32,000 nt of DNA from Vibrio cholerae ATCC 14035 (GCF_000621645.1 NZ_JHXR01000001.1:300001-332000), one strand, 5' to 3'; numbered from the stretch's first letter, positions 19,447 through 27,913 are shown. A program made the numbers and translations. The notes: generated by a model not told the origin, from the sequence alone.

Positions 19447-19479
19447 AAAAAAATACCAACCTGAGGTTGGTATTTTTTA
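19447..19479 (-). terminator. Terminator-like hairpin after pflA, immediately upstream of the next gene's SD
   Basis: aaaaaaATACCAACC-tgag-GGTTGGTATtttttt. On the minus strand the T-run leads directly into TAGGTAACGCAA-TTG, the SD and start of the membrane protein gene. Confidence 0.7.
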
Positions 19480-19500
19480 CGATAACGTCGAGAGGATGAA

Positions 19501-20241
19501 TCAATATTTTACGTTTGAGTGATACTGCTCAAGGATCGCTACGATTTTATCCATGGTTTCTTTGCTTGGCGGATTCACGCCTTCCAGTGGATATTCTTCG
19601 CCCATGGCTTCCCATTTGTGTGCGCCAAGTTTGTGGTAAGGCAGCAGCTCAATTTTCTCGATGTTTTCCATGTCTTTAATAAACTCACCCAGTTGATGAG
19701 CAGATGCTTCATCATCGGTGTAACCTGGAACCACCACGTAACGCAACCAAGTTTTTTGACCAATTTGATGCAGGTAGCGCGCAAAATCTAAGGTGCGTTT
19801 GTTAGACACGCCAATCAAATCTTGGTGGATCTCATCATCCATCTGTTTGATATCGAGCATCACCAAATCAGTCACTTCCAACACTTCGTCAATCACAGGT
19901 GTGAATTTACGCACGTAGCCATTGGTGTCTAAACAGGTATGAATACCTTCGGCTTTCGCTGCGCGGAAAAAGTCACGCACAAATTCGGGTTGCAGCATGG
20001 CTTCCCCACCAGAGCAGGTGATGCCGCCACCAGAAGCGTTCATAAAATGGCGATAAGATTTCGCTTCTTTGATGATTTCCTCAACCGTGACTTCACGACC
20101 CGTATGGGTATCCCAAGTGTCTCGGTTATGACAATACTTGCAGCGAAACAGGCACCCTTGCAGGAAGACAATAAAGCGGATTCCTGGGCCATCAACAGTG
20201 CCACAAGATTCGAAAGAGTGAATTCGACCAATGGTAGACAT
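19501..20241 (-). CDS. pflA: Pyruvate formate-lyase activating enzyme (radical SAM) PflA
   Basis: [23 protein letters not shown] is collinear with E. coli PflA. Cluster motif [10 protein letters not shown] (CX3CX2C). Confidence 0.96.
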   Translation of the reverse strand: MSTIGRIHSFESCGTVDGPGIRFIVFLQGCLFRCKYCHNRDTWDTHTGREVTVEEIIKEAKSYRHFMNASGGGITCSGGEAMLQPEFVRDFFRAAKAEGIHTCLDTNGYVRKFTPVIDEVLEVTDLVMLDIKQMDDEIHQDLIGVSNKRTLDFARYLHQIGQKTWLRYVVVPGYTDDEASAHQLGEFIKDMENIEKIELLPYHKLGAHKWEAMGEEYPLEGVNPPSKETMDKIVAILEQYHSNVKY

Positions 20242-20573
20242 GAGCGCTTCTCAGTTATGTAGTTTGGCCGTTATTTTATTACAAATAGCAGGGATTAAAT
20301 AGGTTTATCTCCCTGATAATTGGTCGCATCACCAGTGACAGCAAGGGCTGGTGGGCATTTGGACTCTTTTCTCCCTTCTTCTCATCCTGCTCAGTTGTGC
20401 TCTTATGTATCCGACTCTCTTGGAGACGAACAATCAATTTCAGTGAAAAATGGGTAAGTTCGGCATCCTAGGTCTAAACTTTTGCTATCCATAAGAAAGA
20501 GTATCTGTTGTCAGTGGGCAAGCTGGCGAACTGAACAGTGCAGTGATGCAGTATTTAAAAAGGAAGTGAAAAG

Positions 20574-22454
20574 ATGGATGTAACGCAACTTTCACAAAAG
20601 CAAAAAATCACCTTATTTATCCTTGTACTTTGCTTGGGCTTCATCGGGTTAGCGGTTTTTACCGCGCAAAGTTTATCTAAGATGAACTCGCAGTATCAAC
20701 AAAGTGGCGATGTGACCGCGGGCTCTGCGGCTTTATTTGCGACTCAAGCACAGCTGTTTGAGTTAGCCGCTGAGCGTGAACATCTCTCGTCAAACAAGGT
20801 GTCTGAGATTAAAACGCGCTTGGCTCAGCTAATGCAGAAAGTGGAAGGGGATAAGCGCTTTCTTGCCGAGAATAACTTTGCTAATGAAGGTAACGCTTTA
20901 CAGCAAGCGGTGCAGGCTTTTAACGACGATATGCAGCCGTGGCTTGAGATTAAAGGCGAGCTTGGTTTTAACGTCGATGATGGCAAGTTGGCCGAGCTGA
21001 AAAAACTGGCGGTGACTATAGAAAAGAAAATTGATGAAACCGGTATGGTAACCATCAATTCCGATTTTCAAGCTATGATCAAAGCCCAGCAAAATTACTT
21101 ACTACAACCGAATGAACAAAATTTGCGCTTATTTAATCGGGCGTTAGCGGGTTTTGTCAGCATGTCGCAATCCTATGCCATGCTCGATCTGTATAAAGCG
21201 GAAATTGAGCAGTTTAAAACCACTTTTTTGCGAGTCAGTGAGCTGTCGCAGCAAGTCAAAGATATCGAAAAAAACTTACTCAGTAGTGAAGCAACAGCGC
21301 AAGGTGTGATTGAATCAAGCGCGCAGCGTCTAGAAGAGGTGAGTAGTCGTTATCAATCGTTAGCTGAGAAAGCGGGCGAGCAAACCTTGCTCTCTATTTT
21401 AGTCGCTTGCGTGATTCTGGCAGTGTTGACCGTATTGCTGTTTATGATGGTGAGTTTCTCGCTATCTAAAGCGTTAACACAGATAGGCCGCGTATTAGAA
21501 AAGCTCTCTTCTGGCGATCTCTCTCAGCGCTTAGCTCTGATATCCAATAAAAAAGATGAGTTTAATCAGTTAGCGTTTGCGGTGAACAAGAGTTGTGAAA
21601 ACCTCGGCGGCCTAGTGCATGTCGTGCAAGATCGTAGTGTGGCATTGTCAGGGGATGCTGTGGCGCTCAATCAAGCGATTGATAATCTGGTACGCGGTCA
21701 GTCTGATGTGATGGATCAAACCCAAAGGCTCGCGTCAGCAACCGAAGAGGTCAGTTTAACCACGCAGCAAGTCTCTCATTCTCTCGAAGTGGTCGCCAAT
21801 GTGAGTAAAGCCTCGACTTTAGCGGCTGCGGAAGGCAGTAAAGTTATTAGTGCTGCGATTGGCTCTTTGCGTGAGGTCGGGAGTATTTTGCAGTCAGCCG
21901 CCAGCCATATTCAGCAGCTAGAACAAGCTTCCGCCAAAGTCGACTCAGTGATGGACATCATTAACGGTATCGCAGAGCAAACGAATTTATTGGCACTCAA
22001 TGCGGCGATTGAAGCTGCTCGTGCGGGTGAGCAAGGACGCGGATTTGCGGTTGTCGCCGATGAGGTGCGTAGTTTAGCCGTCAGAACGGTGAATGCGGTG
22101 AGCGAAATTTCCGGCACGATAGAAACTATGAAAAAAGAGAGTGCGGAAGTGATTTTGTTTATGAACCAATCCGAGCAGACCATGGAAGAGGGGCAAAGCA
22201 AAGGCAATCAAGCCATGCAAGCGTTACAGCGAATTACCCAAGGGACGGATGAAGCCGCATCGCAAACGGAAAGAATTTTTTCGTCGATAAAAGAGCTGTC
22301 CGCAACCAGCCAAGCAATGGCCGAAAGCATGAGCCAAATTTCGAGTGCGATGCAAGCGTTGGAGTCGTATAACACTCAACTGCGTGTGACCAGCCGTGAA
22401 GTTGAGACACGCGCAGAGAGTTTAGAGCATGATTGCCGATGCTTTACGTTGTAG
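20574..22454 (+). CDS. Methyl-accepting chemotaxis protein (626 aa) with an all-helical periplasmic domain of about 250 aa
   Basis: SD AGGAAG. TM1 is [21 protein letters not shown] and TM2 is [24 protein letters not shown], followed by a HAMP-like segment. The highly conserved signalling hairpin is [35 protein letters not shown]. There is no NWETF-type C-terminal pentapeptide; the protein ends HDCRCFTL. Confidence 0.92.
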   Translation: MDVTQLSQKQKITLFILVLCLGFIGLAVFTAQSLSKMNSQYQQSGDVTAGSAALFATQAQLFELAAEREHLSSNKVSEIKTRLAQLMQKVEGDKRFLAENNFANEGNALQQAVQAFNDDMQPWLEIKGELGFNVDDGKLAELKKLAVTIEKKIDETGMVTINSDFQAMIKAQQNYLLQPNEQNLRLFNRALAGFVSMSQSYAMLDLYKAEIEQFKTTFLRVSELSQQVKDIEKNLLSSEATAQGVIESSAQRLEEVSSRYQSLAEKAGEQTLLSILVACVILAVLTVLLFMMVSFSLSKALTQIGRVLEKLSSGDLSQRLALISNKKDEFNQLAFAVNKSCENLGGLVHVVQDRSVALSGDAVALNQAIDNLVRGQSDVMDQTQRLASATEEVSLTTQQVSHSLEVVANVSKASTLAAAEGSKVISAAIGSLREVGSILQSAASHIQQLEQASAKVDSVMDIINGIAEQTNLLALNAAIEAARAGEQGRGFAVVADEVRSLAVRTVNAVSEISGTIETMKKESAEVILFMNQSEQTMEEGQSKGNQAMQALQRITQGTDEAASQTERIFSSIKELSATSQAMAESMSQISSAMQALESYNTQLRVTSREVETRAESLEHDCRCFTL

Positions 22455-22471
22455 AGCCTCGATTGTCCACC

Positions 22472-23458
22472 CTAGAAGAAGGCGTACAGCGCCACGTTAC
22501 CGGTACCGCTAATCGACTCTTTATCTTCTTTAAATTCAGGAGTGTTAGCGGTGAAGGTTAAACTGGCCCCAAAACTACGAGCATACATAGCAAAACCGAC
22601 CACAGCAGTGGCTTGCCATGGCTCAATATGCACTTGGTAATACTCGGCGGGTTGATCTAAGCCATTCAGCGGTCTGTCACCTTCAATCGTCACATCGTTA
22701 AATCGATAGCGACCCTCGATGCCGGTGAACACAAACCAGCCTTGGTTGGATGCCCCAATCATGCCGGGGGTAAACGGATTCTCAACCGAAATTTGGGCTG
22801 CGCCAAAGTTGTTTTCTAAATCGGTTCCCCAGCGCAACATGAGTCCAGAGGAAAGGTCACTGCGAAAGTTGCCGATATTCACTTCAGAAATATTGGCCAG
22901 CTCTAACTCTGTACCGGCTAAAGCATGGTAACGACCCCAGTTAAAATGGGAGCGATAACCTAGGCTACCCACCAATTGATCTTCCACTTGGTATGCCCAG
23001 CCATTGGGCTCATCGGATTTCGTAATGCTGTGCACCAATTTTTGCGCTTCTTCTGACAAAGCGCTTTCCCCTGTCATCCCTAAGGTGAGATTGAAGCGTT
23101 GTGCTTGTTGTGGATGTAGGCTTAAGTAATTGAACTCAGTGTGTAGATAACCTGCATAAGGGCGTTCGTTCGGCTGTGGTTTGGTCAATTCAATATCAGA
23201 AGGCGTCCACATCTTATGCCCGAGGGTGAATTCCCATTTGTCCAGACTGGGAGCGCCCCAAATGGATAAACTGAGCGGTTTTGCAAGCCAATAAGGGGTA
23301 ATGGCGCCAGAGGTATAGCTTAGGAAAAGGCCATTAGTGTAGTTTTGATCTACCCCGAATACACCGTCGTTATCGATGCTCAGGGAGAAGGTTGAAGTCT
23401 GCGCCGCAGCCGCGTAAGTGCTGATGAACAGTAAAGGTAAATAGCGAATCGATTTCAT
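22472..23458 (-). CDS. lpxR: Outer-membrane beta-barrel protein, lipid A 3'-O-deacylase LpxR (DUF2219) family, 328 aa
   Basis: Sec signal peptide MKSIRYLPLLFISTYAAAAQ from ATG 23458; the track ORF is over-extended by 14 codons. The N-terminal motif SLSIDNDGVFGVDQNYTNGLF resembles my recollection of the LpxR/DUF2219 signature. The alternating amphipathic pattern and C-terminal ...ALYAFF (terminal Phe) are typical of an OMP. Confidence 0.65.
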   Translation of the reverse strand: MKSIRYLPLLFISTYAAAAQTSTFSLSIDNDGVFGVDQNYTNGLFLSYTSGAITPYWLAKPLSLSIWGAPSLDKWEFTLGHKMWTPSDIELTKPQPNERPYAGYLHTEFNYLSLHPQQAQRFNLTLGMTGESALSEEAQKLVHSITKSDEPNGWAYQVEDQLVGSLGYRSHFNWGRYHALAGTELELANISEVNIGNFRSDLSSGLMLRWGTDLENNFGAAQISVENPFTPGMIGASNQGWFVFTGIEGRYRFNDVTIEGDRPLNGLDQPAEYYQVHIEPWQATAVVGFAMYARSFGASLTFTANTPEFKEDKESISGTGNVALYAFF

Positions 23459-23584
23459 GGTTAGCGAACTATGTCTCGGAGAAATAAAACAAAAGCTCAT
23501 TAATCATGAGCCATTGTGGCGAATAAACCTAGTAGAGAAGAACACAAATGTGTCGTGAGATACAGAAATAAATCCTGTTGCGCG

Positions 23585-23616
23585 GAAAAACAAAAAGCCC
23601 CGTCGAAACGGGGCTT
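23585..23616 (-). terminator. Rho-independent terminator of pflB
   Basis: Minus-strand reading: AAAGCCCCG-tttcga-CGGGGCTTT followed by TTGTTTTTCC. It starts 19 nt after the pflB TAA. Confidence 0.87.
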
Positions 23617-23635
23617 TGAAGAGGCTTACTGAATC

Positions 23636-25912
23636 TTATAGAGATTCAGTGAAAGTACGAGCAATAACGTCTTGTTGTTGTTCAGCAGTCAGAGAGTTAA
23701 AGCGCACTGCATATCCAGATACACGGATAGTCAGTTGTGGGTACTTCTCTGGATGCTTAACTGCATCAAGCAGAGTGTCACGGTTCAGAACGTTAACGTT
23801 CAGGTGTTGACCACCCTCGATGCCTGCTTCGTGGTGGAAGTAACCGTCCATCAAGCCAGCTAGGTTCGCACGCTGTGAGTTCTCATCTTTACCCAGTGCA
23901 TTTGGCACGATAGAGAAGGTATAAGAGATACCGTCTTTCGCGTGAGCAAATGGCAGTTTACCGACGGAAGTCAGAGACGCTACCGCCCCTTTCTCGTCAC
24001 GGCCGTGCATTGGGTTTGCACCCGGTGCAAATGGCGCACCTGCACGGCGACCGTCTGGCGTGTTACCTGTCTTCTTGCCGTATACCACGTTTGACGTGAT
24101 AGTCAGGATAGACTGAGTTGGTACTGCGTTACGGTAAGTTTTCAGTGAACGGATCTTGTTCATGAAACGCTCAACCAGTTCACAGGCGATGTCATCAACG
24201 CGTGAATCGTTGTTACCGAATTTTGGATAGTCGCCTTCAATTTCAAAATCGATAGCTACACCATCTTCGTCACGAATTGGTTTTACTTTCGCGTACTTGA
24301 TAGCAGACAGTGAGTCAGCCGCTACAGACAGACCTGCGATACCACACGCCATAGTACGACGTACATCACGGTCATGCAGCGCCATTAGAGCCGCTTCGTA
24401 GCTGTACTTGTCATGCATGTAGTGGATGGCATTCAGTGCAGTGACGTATTGTGTTGCCAGCCAACCCATGAAGTGATCCAGCTTGCCCCATACATCGTCG
24501 AAGTCGAGCACTTCGTCGGTGATCTTAGGCATTTTTGGACCCACTTGGATTTTCAGTTTCTCATCCACACCACCGTTGATTACATACAGCAGCGTTTTAG
24601 CAAGGTTAGCGCGAGCACCGAAGAACTGCATGTGTTTACCAATAACCATTGGTGATACACAACATGCGATAGCGTAGTCATCATTGTTGAAGTCAGGACG
24701 CATCAAGTCATCGTTTTCGTACTGGATAGACGAGGTATCGATAGACACTTTCGCACAGAACTTCTTGAAGCCTTCAGGCAGTTGCTCTGACCACAGGACA
24801 GTGATGTTTGGCTCTGGAGATGGACCCATGGTGTACAGTGAGTTCAGGAAGCGGAAGTTAGTACGTGTTACCAGCGTACGACCGTCTAGACCCATACCAC
24901 CCATAGATTCGGTTGCCCAAATTGGGTCACCAGAAAACAGCTCATCGTACTCAGGAGTACGTAGGAAACGAACCATACGCAGCTTCATGACGAAGTGGTC
25001 GATCATTTCCTGAGCTTCTACTTCAGTGATCTTGCCGGCTTTCATGTCGCGCTCAATGTACACGTCCAAGAAAGTAGAGGTACGGCCAAGAGACATTGCA
25101 GCACCGTTTTGAGATTTCACTGCCGCTAGGTAGCCGAAGTAAGTCCATTGGATTGCTTCTTGTGCCGTTTCAGCAGGGCGAGAAATATCGTAACCGTATT
25201 TCGCAGCCATCTGTTTCATTTGGCCAAGCGCACGGTGTTGTTCTGCAATTTCTTCACGCAGTTGCATGGTCATTTGCAGATCTTCGCCGTTTTCAAATTT
25301 TTCCTGCAGAGACTTGAACTGAGCCAGTTTGTCTTTCATCAGGAAGTCGATACCGTACAACGCTACACGACGGTAGTCACCGATGATACGACCACGGCCG
25401 TAAGCATCTGGAAGACCAGTCAGAACGCCAGATTTACGACAAGCCAGAATTTCTGGAGTGTAGATGTCGAATACACCGGCGTTGTGCGTTTTGCGGTATT
25501 CAGAGTAGATTTTTGAAACTTGTGGATCCAGTTCACGACCGTATGCTTTGCATGAACCTTCCACCATACGGATACCACCATTAGGGATGATTGCACGTTT
25601 CAGTGGAGCATCGGTTTGTAGACCAACGATCTTTTCAAGATCTTTGTTGATGTAGCCAGCGTCGTGAGCTGTGATGGTAGAGATAAGAGAAGTGTCGAAG
25701 TCAACAGGAGCGTGAGTTGAGTTTTCCTGTCTGATACCTTCCATTACTTTAGCCCAAAGCTTGTTGGTCGCTTCAGTACCTTCTGAGACTAGGAAAGATT
25801 CGTCGCCTTCGTACGGTGTGTAGTTCTTTTGAATAAAATCACGAACGTTAACTTCGTTTTGCCAGTCACCTGCCGCAAAACCTTCCCAAGCTTTAGCAAA
25901 TTGCTCTGCCAT
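23636..25912 (-). CDS. pflB: Pyruvate formate-lyase (formate C-acetyltransferase) PflB, 758 aa
   Basis: Collinear with E. coli PflB over its full length ([33 protein letters not shown]). Active-site IACCVSP. Glycyl-radical motif [22 protein letters not shown] precedes ATG 25912. The track ORF is over-extended by 29 codons through a TTG at 25999. Confidence 0.97.
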   Translation of the reverse strand: MAEQFAKAWEGFAAGDWQNEVNVRDFIQKNYTPYEGDESFLVSEGTEATNKLWAKVMEGIRQENSTHAPVDFDTSLISTITAHDAGYINKDLEKIVGLQTDAPLKRAIIPNGGIRMVEGSCKAYGRELDPQVSKIYSEYRKTHNAGVFDIYTPEILACRKSGVLTGLPDAYGRGRIIGDYRRVALYGIDFLMKDKLAQFKSLQEKFENGEDLQMTMQLREEIAEQHRALGQMKQMAAKYGYDISRPAETAQEAIQWTYFGYLAAVKSQNGAAMSLGRTSTFLDVYIERDMKAGKITEVEAQEMIDHFVMKLRMVRFLRTPEYDELFSGDPIWATESMGGMGLDGRTLVTRTNFRFLNSLYTMGPSPEPNITVLWSEQLPEGFKKFCAKVSIDTSSIQYENDDLMRPDFNNDDYAIACCVSPMVIGKHMQFFGARANLAKTLLYVINGGVDEKLKIQVGPKMPKITDEVLDFDDVWGKLDHFMGWLATQYVTALNAIHYMHDKYSYEAALMALHDRDVRRTMACGIAGLSVAADSLSAIKYAKVKPIRDEDGVAIDFEIEGDYPKFGNNDSRVDDIACELVERFMNKIRSLKTYRNAVPTQSILTITSNVVYGKKTGNTPDGRRAGAPFAPGANPMHGRDEKGAVASLTSVGKLPFAHAKDGISYTFSIVPNALGKDENSQRANLAGLMDGYFHHEAGIEGGQHLNVNVLNRDTLLDAVKHPEKYPQLTIRVSGYAVRFNSLTAEQQQDVIARTFTESL

Positions 25913-25997
25913 GACATACCTACCTTTATGAGTAGAAAAAACACGTACTGTTTTCGCCGTTGAGCCAGCTATCCCCGAAGGGAGCAGTACACTCTTC

Positions 25998-26050
25998 AAT
26001 AACGATATCCAAATTCACACTGTGACTATTTGAATATGGATATCGCTATT
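25998..26050 (-). repeat. 53-nt near-perfect inverted repeat (20-nt arms, 13-nt spacer) in the pflB leader
   Basis: The arms are AATAACGATATCCAAATTCA (25998-26017) and TGAATATGGATATCGCTATT (26031-26050). As RNA on the minus strand, 18 of 20 positions form Watson-Crick pairs, one forms a G-U pair and one is a U-U mismatch. Each arm contains GATATC. Confidence 0.6.
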
Positions 26051-26068
26051 AGTTCCTTTAATGGAGCC

Positions 26069-26110
26069 ACTCTACGCTAAAAATTTTTCGTAAACCTTAA
26101 ACTAAATCAA
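26069..26110 (-). promoter_or_regulatory. Candidate FNR-dependent class II promoter of pflB
   Basis: Minus-strand reading: TTGATttagTTTAA (26110-26097), an 8/10 match to TTGAT-N4-ATCAA. Exactly 22 nt follow, then TAGAGT (26074-26069) as the -10. This is the spacing expected for an FNR site centred at -41.5. The right half-site is weak. Confidence 0.4.
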
Positions 26111-26135
26111 TAAAAGTTAAAAAATTAAAATAAAG

Positions 26136-26164
26136 TTTGGGTAGCGCGGTCAGCGCTACCCAAA
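26136..26164 (-). terminator. Rho-independent terminator of the permease gene, separating it from pflB
   Basis: A perfect 12-bp stem TTTGGGTAGCGC / GCGCTACCCAAA with a 5-nt loop. On the minus strand it is followed by CTTTATTTTAATTTTTT. It starts 13 nt after the permease stop. Confidence 0.8.
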
Positions 26165-26177
26165 TCAAGAATGGTGA

Positions 26178-27719
26178 TTACAACCAAGCTTGCAGACCGT
26201 ATTGGCTTTCCAACATGCCAACAGCAAGCATAGCAATCAAACAGATGATTAGCACACCGCCCGGGATCACAACTTTATCGATGAAGGACAATTTTGCTGC
26301 GCGCTCTTTGTCACCAATCAGACCGTTGTTGTCCAGTAGCATAGTCAAAGCCCAAGCCAGTACAGGGTTTACTACCGCTGAACCGAAAATACAGATACCT
26401 GCTGCTTGTGAATCTTTGGTGTTTTTGATCATTTGCATACCCGCTTCCAGCAGAGGTAGGAATACACCGACTAACAGAGCACAGCGCATAACTGGTGGCC
26501 ATACGGCTGCATCCATTGGGAAACCAAGAATTGCAATCGTCATCACCAAACAGCCAAGGATAATGGCACCACCTGGAATTGGGCGTTTCGCAATCGCCGC
26601 TGGGATCATGTAGGTACCCCAAGAAGAGGTGATGTTACCGCCACCCAGCGCTGTACCCACCATTTGACGGATAGAACACATAGTCATGGTGTCATCCACA
26701 TCCATCAGTACTTTTTCAGTACGTTTTGGATAGTTCAGCTCTTGGAAGATACGGTGGCCTAGGAAATCGGGTGACCACATGGCAACCGCCAAAATCGCAA
26801 ATGGCAATGAAGCGATGAAGTGTTGTAGTGTTGGCATACCCAACATCCAACCTTGCTCAGTGCTGCCCCACCAGTAAACTGGGTTCAGGTTTGGCAATCC
26901 CATTTGGGTTTCAAATTTCAGGTCAAAACCCGCACCCAAGGCAAGCGCAATCACAAGGCCAGTAAAGGCACACACCGGAATCGCCAACCAGCGCAAGTTA
27001 AACTTAGCGAGCAGAGCATAAATCACGATGTTCACGCCGAGCACGACAAGACCAATGTAGCCCATGCTGCCTGCCGCAACGTCGGCAGATTGCAAGCCAA
27101 CGGCCCATTCTTGTATCGAGGTGATTTGGCTCATCGTCCCGGTAAAACCGAGGAAGATCAGCAAACCGCCTGCCGTACCCTCAGAGGTGAGGTTGACCAG
27201 TTTGGATCCACCTTTGAAATAGCTGAGCAAAAGACCGAAAACGCCAAGGAGGATAGCAAGTGCGAGAGGGTGTGCGCCGGCCAGAGCGATAGAGCCAATC
27301 AGAGGAATCATTGGACCGTGGTTGCCAGCGAGGTTGGCACGAGGGTTTAAGAAACCTGAAGCAATCACACAGAAGAACAGCGCAGGGAAAAGCATTTCTA
27401 CGCGAGCAACTTCGATAGCAAATTCTTTGCCCAAGTTAATATGGTCCCACGCTTGAGTCAGGCCGTCAGCCCAAGACATCATTACTGCGGAGTACATAGA
27501 GATAATGCCGATGGTACCCGCTAGTGCAGGAACTAAGTCTTCCAGCTCAAAGCGGAAATCTCGCCCAGGTAAATTGAGACCAAAGCGGCGTGGCTTCATG
27601 ATTTGCAGTTCATGATCCAGATATTCTGAGCGAGTTGCAAACTCAGACGCAGGACGGTGAAGCTCCCGGTAGCTTTTCGTCTCAATGTCTGAGCGCTCTT
27701 TGTTCATAACGTCTGACAT
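26178..27719 (-). CDS. Uncharacterised polytopic permease (513 aa), possibly with a SulP/NCS2-like fold (DUF3360-like)
   Basis: A hydrophilic N-terminus of about 65 aa is followed by at least 12 hydrophobic spans. The segment EDLVPALAGTIGIISMYSAVMM resembles the first-TM motif of SulP/NCS2 carriers. A strong SD GAGGAA lies 6 nt before ATG 27719, which is the second ATG of the track ORF (that ORF starts at 27731). The family assignment is from memory and uncertain. Confidence 0.75.
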   Translation of the reverse strand: MSDVMNKERSDIETKSYRELHRPASEFATRSEYLDHELQIMKPRRFGLNLPGRDFRFELEDLVPALAGTIGIISMYSAVMMSWADGLTQAWDHINLGKEFAIEVARVEMLFPALFFCVIASGFLNPRANLAGNHGPMIPLIGSIALAGAHPLALAILLGVFGLLLSYFKGGSKLVNLTSEGTAGGLLIFLGFTGTMSQITSIQEWAVGLQSADVAAGSMGYIGLVVLGVNIVIYALLAKFNLRWLAIPVCAFTGLVIALALGAGFDLKFETQMGLPNLNPVYWWGSTEQGWMLGMPTLQHFIASLPFAILAVAMWSPDFLGHRIFQELNYPKRTEKVLMDVDDTMTMCSIRQMVGTALGGGNITSSWGTYMIPAAIAKRPIPGGAIILGCLVMTIAILGFPMDAAVWPPVMRCALLVGVFLPLLEAGMQMIKNTKDSQAAGICIFGSAVVNPVLAWALTMLLDNNGLIGDKERAAKLSFIDKVVIPGGVLIICLIAMLAVGMLESQYGLQAWL

Positions 27720-27871
27720 ATGATTCCTCATATTTGTAAAAGTAAGTAATTCAGTGGTGAATACTGTTTAATTGCATGAATAAAGAAAGTGTTGAAGCGT
27801 TTCTGACACGAGTCAAATGGGCTACTTCTAACACAAATACTGATCATTATGATGACCTTATATTTGTGGCG

Positions 27872-27913
27872 AGTTTAACGTGCTTATCAATAAGGGCGAT
27901 TGATCTTGATCAC
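27872..27913 (-). promoter_or_regulatory. Candidate FNR-dependent class II promoter of the permease gene
   Basis: TTGATcttgATCAc (27900-27913) is a 9/10 match to the FNR/CRP-family consensus TTGAT-N4-ATCAA. On the minus strand exactly 22 nt follow, then TAAACT (27877-27872) as the -10. The predicted leader is about 145 nt. Confidence 0.5.

Noticed and set aside
20242-20573. An FNR box for pflA, a FliA (sigma-28) promoter for the MCP, and the short palindromes CAGGGA-n15-TCCCTG (20289-20315) and CACCAG-n12-CTGGTG (~20330-20353).
   Set aside because: There is no TTGAT-N4-ATCAA match better than half a site. The TAAAC...GAAAGAG sequence does not fit TAAAGTTT-N11-GCCGATAA. The palindromes are short and could arise by chance.
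22455-22471. The 17-nt gap between the convergent MCP and lpxR stop codons, with no terminator hairpin.
   Set aside because: It is real but unremarkable on its own. Convergent read-through or Rho-dependent termination is common. It is mentioned under the MCP finding rather than as a separate signal.
25913-25999. N-terminal over-extensions of track ORFs: pflB to 25999, yeaG to 17962, lpxR to 23500, yfbU to 18664, the Q permease from 30273, the SBP from 29385 and the permease to 27731.
   Set aside because: Homologue N-termini, signal-peptide logic and SD spacing all favour the downstream starts. The extensions have no SD or begin with TTG inside leader structures.
26137-27350. Antisense ORFs 26137-26613(+) of 158 aa and 26853-27350(+) of 165 aa, opposite the permease gene.
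   Set aside because: Their compositions are Ala/Arg/Thr/Gly-rich, typical of the antisense strand of a membrane-protein gene. They have no SD. The first one runs through the permease terminator.
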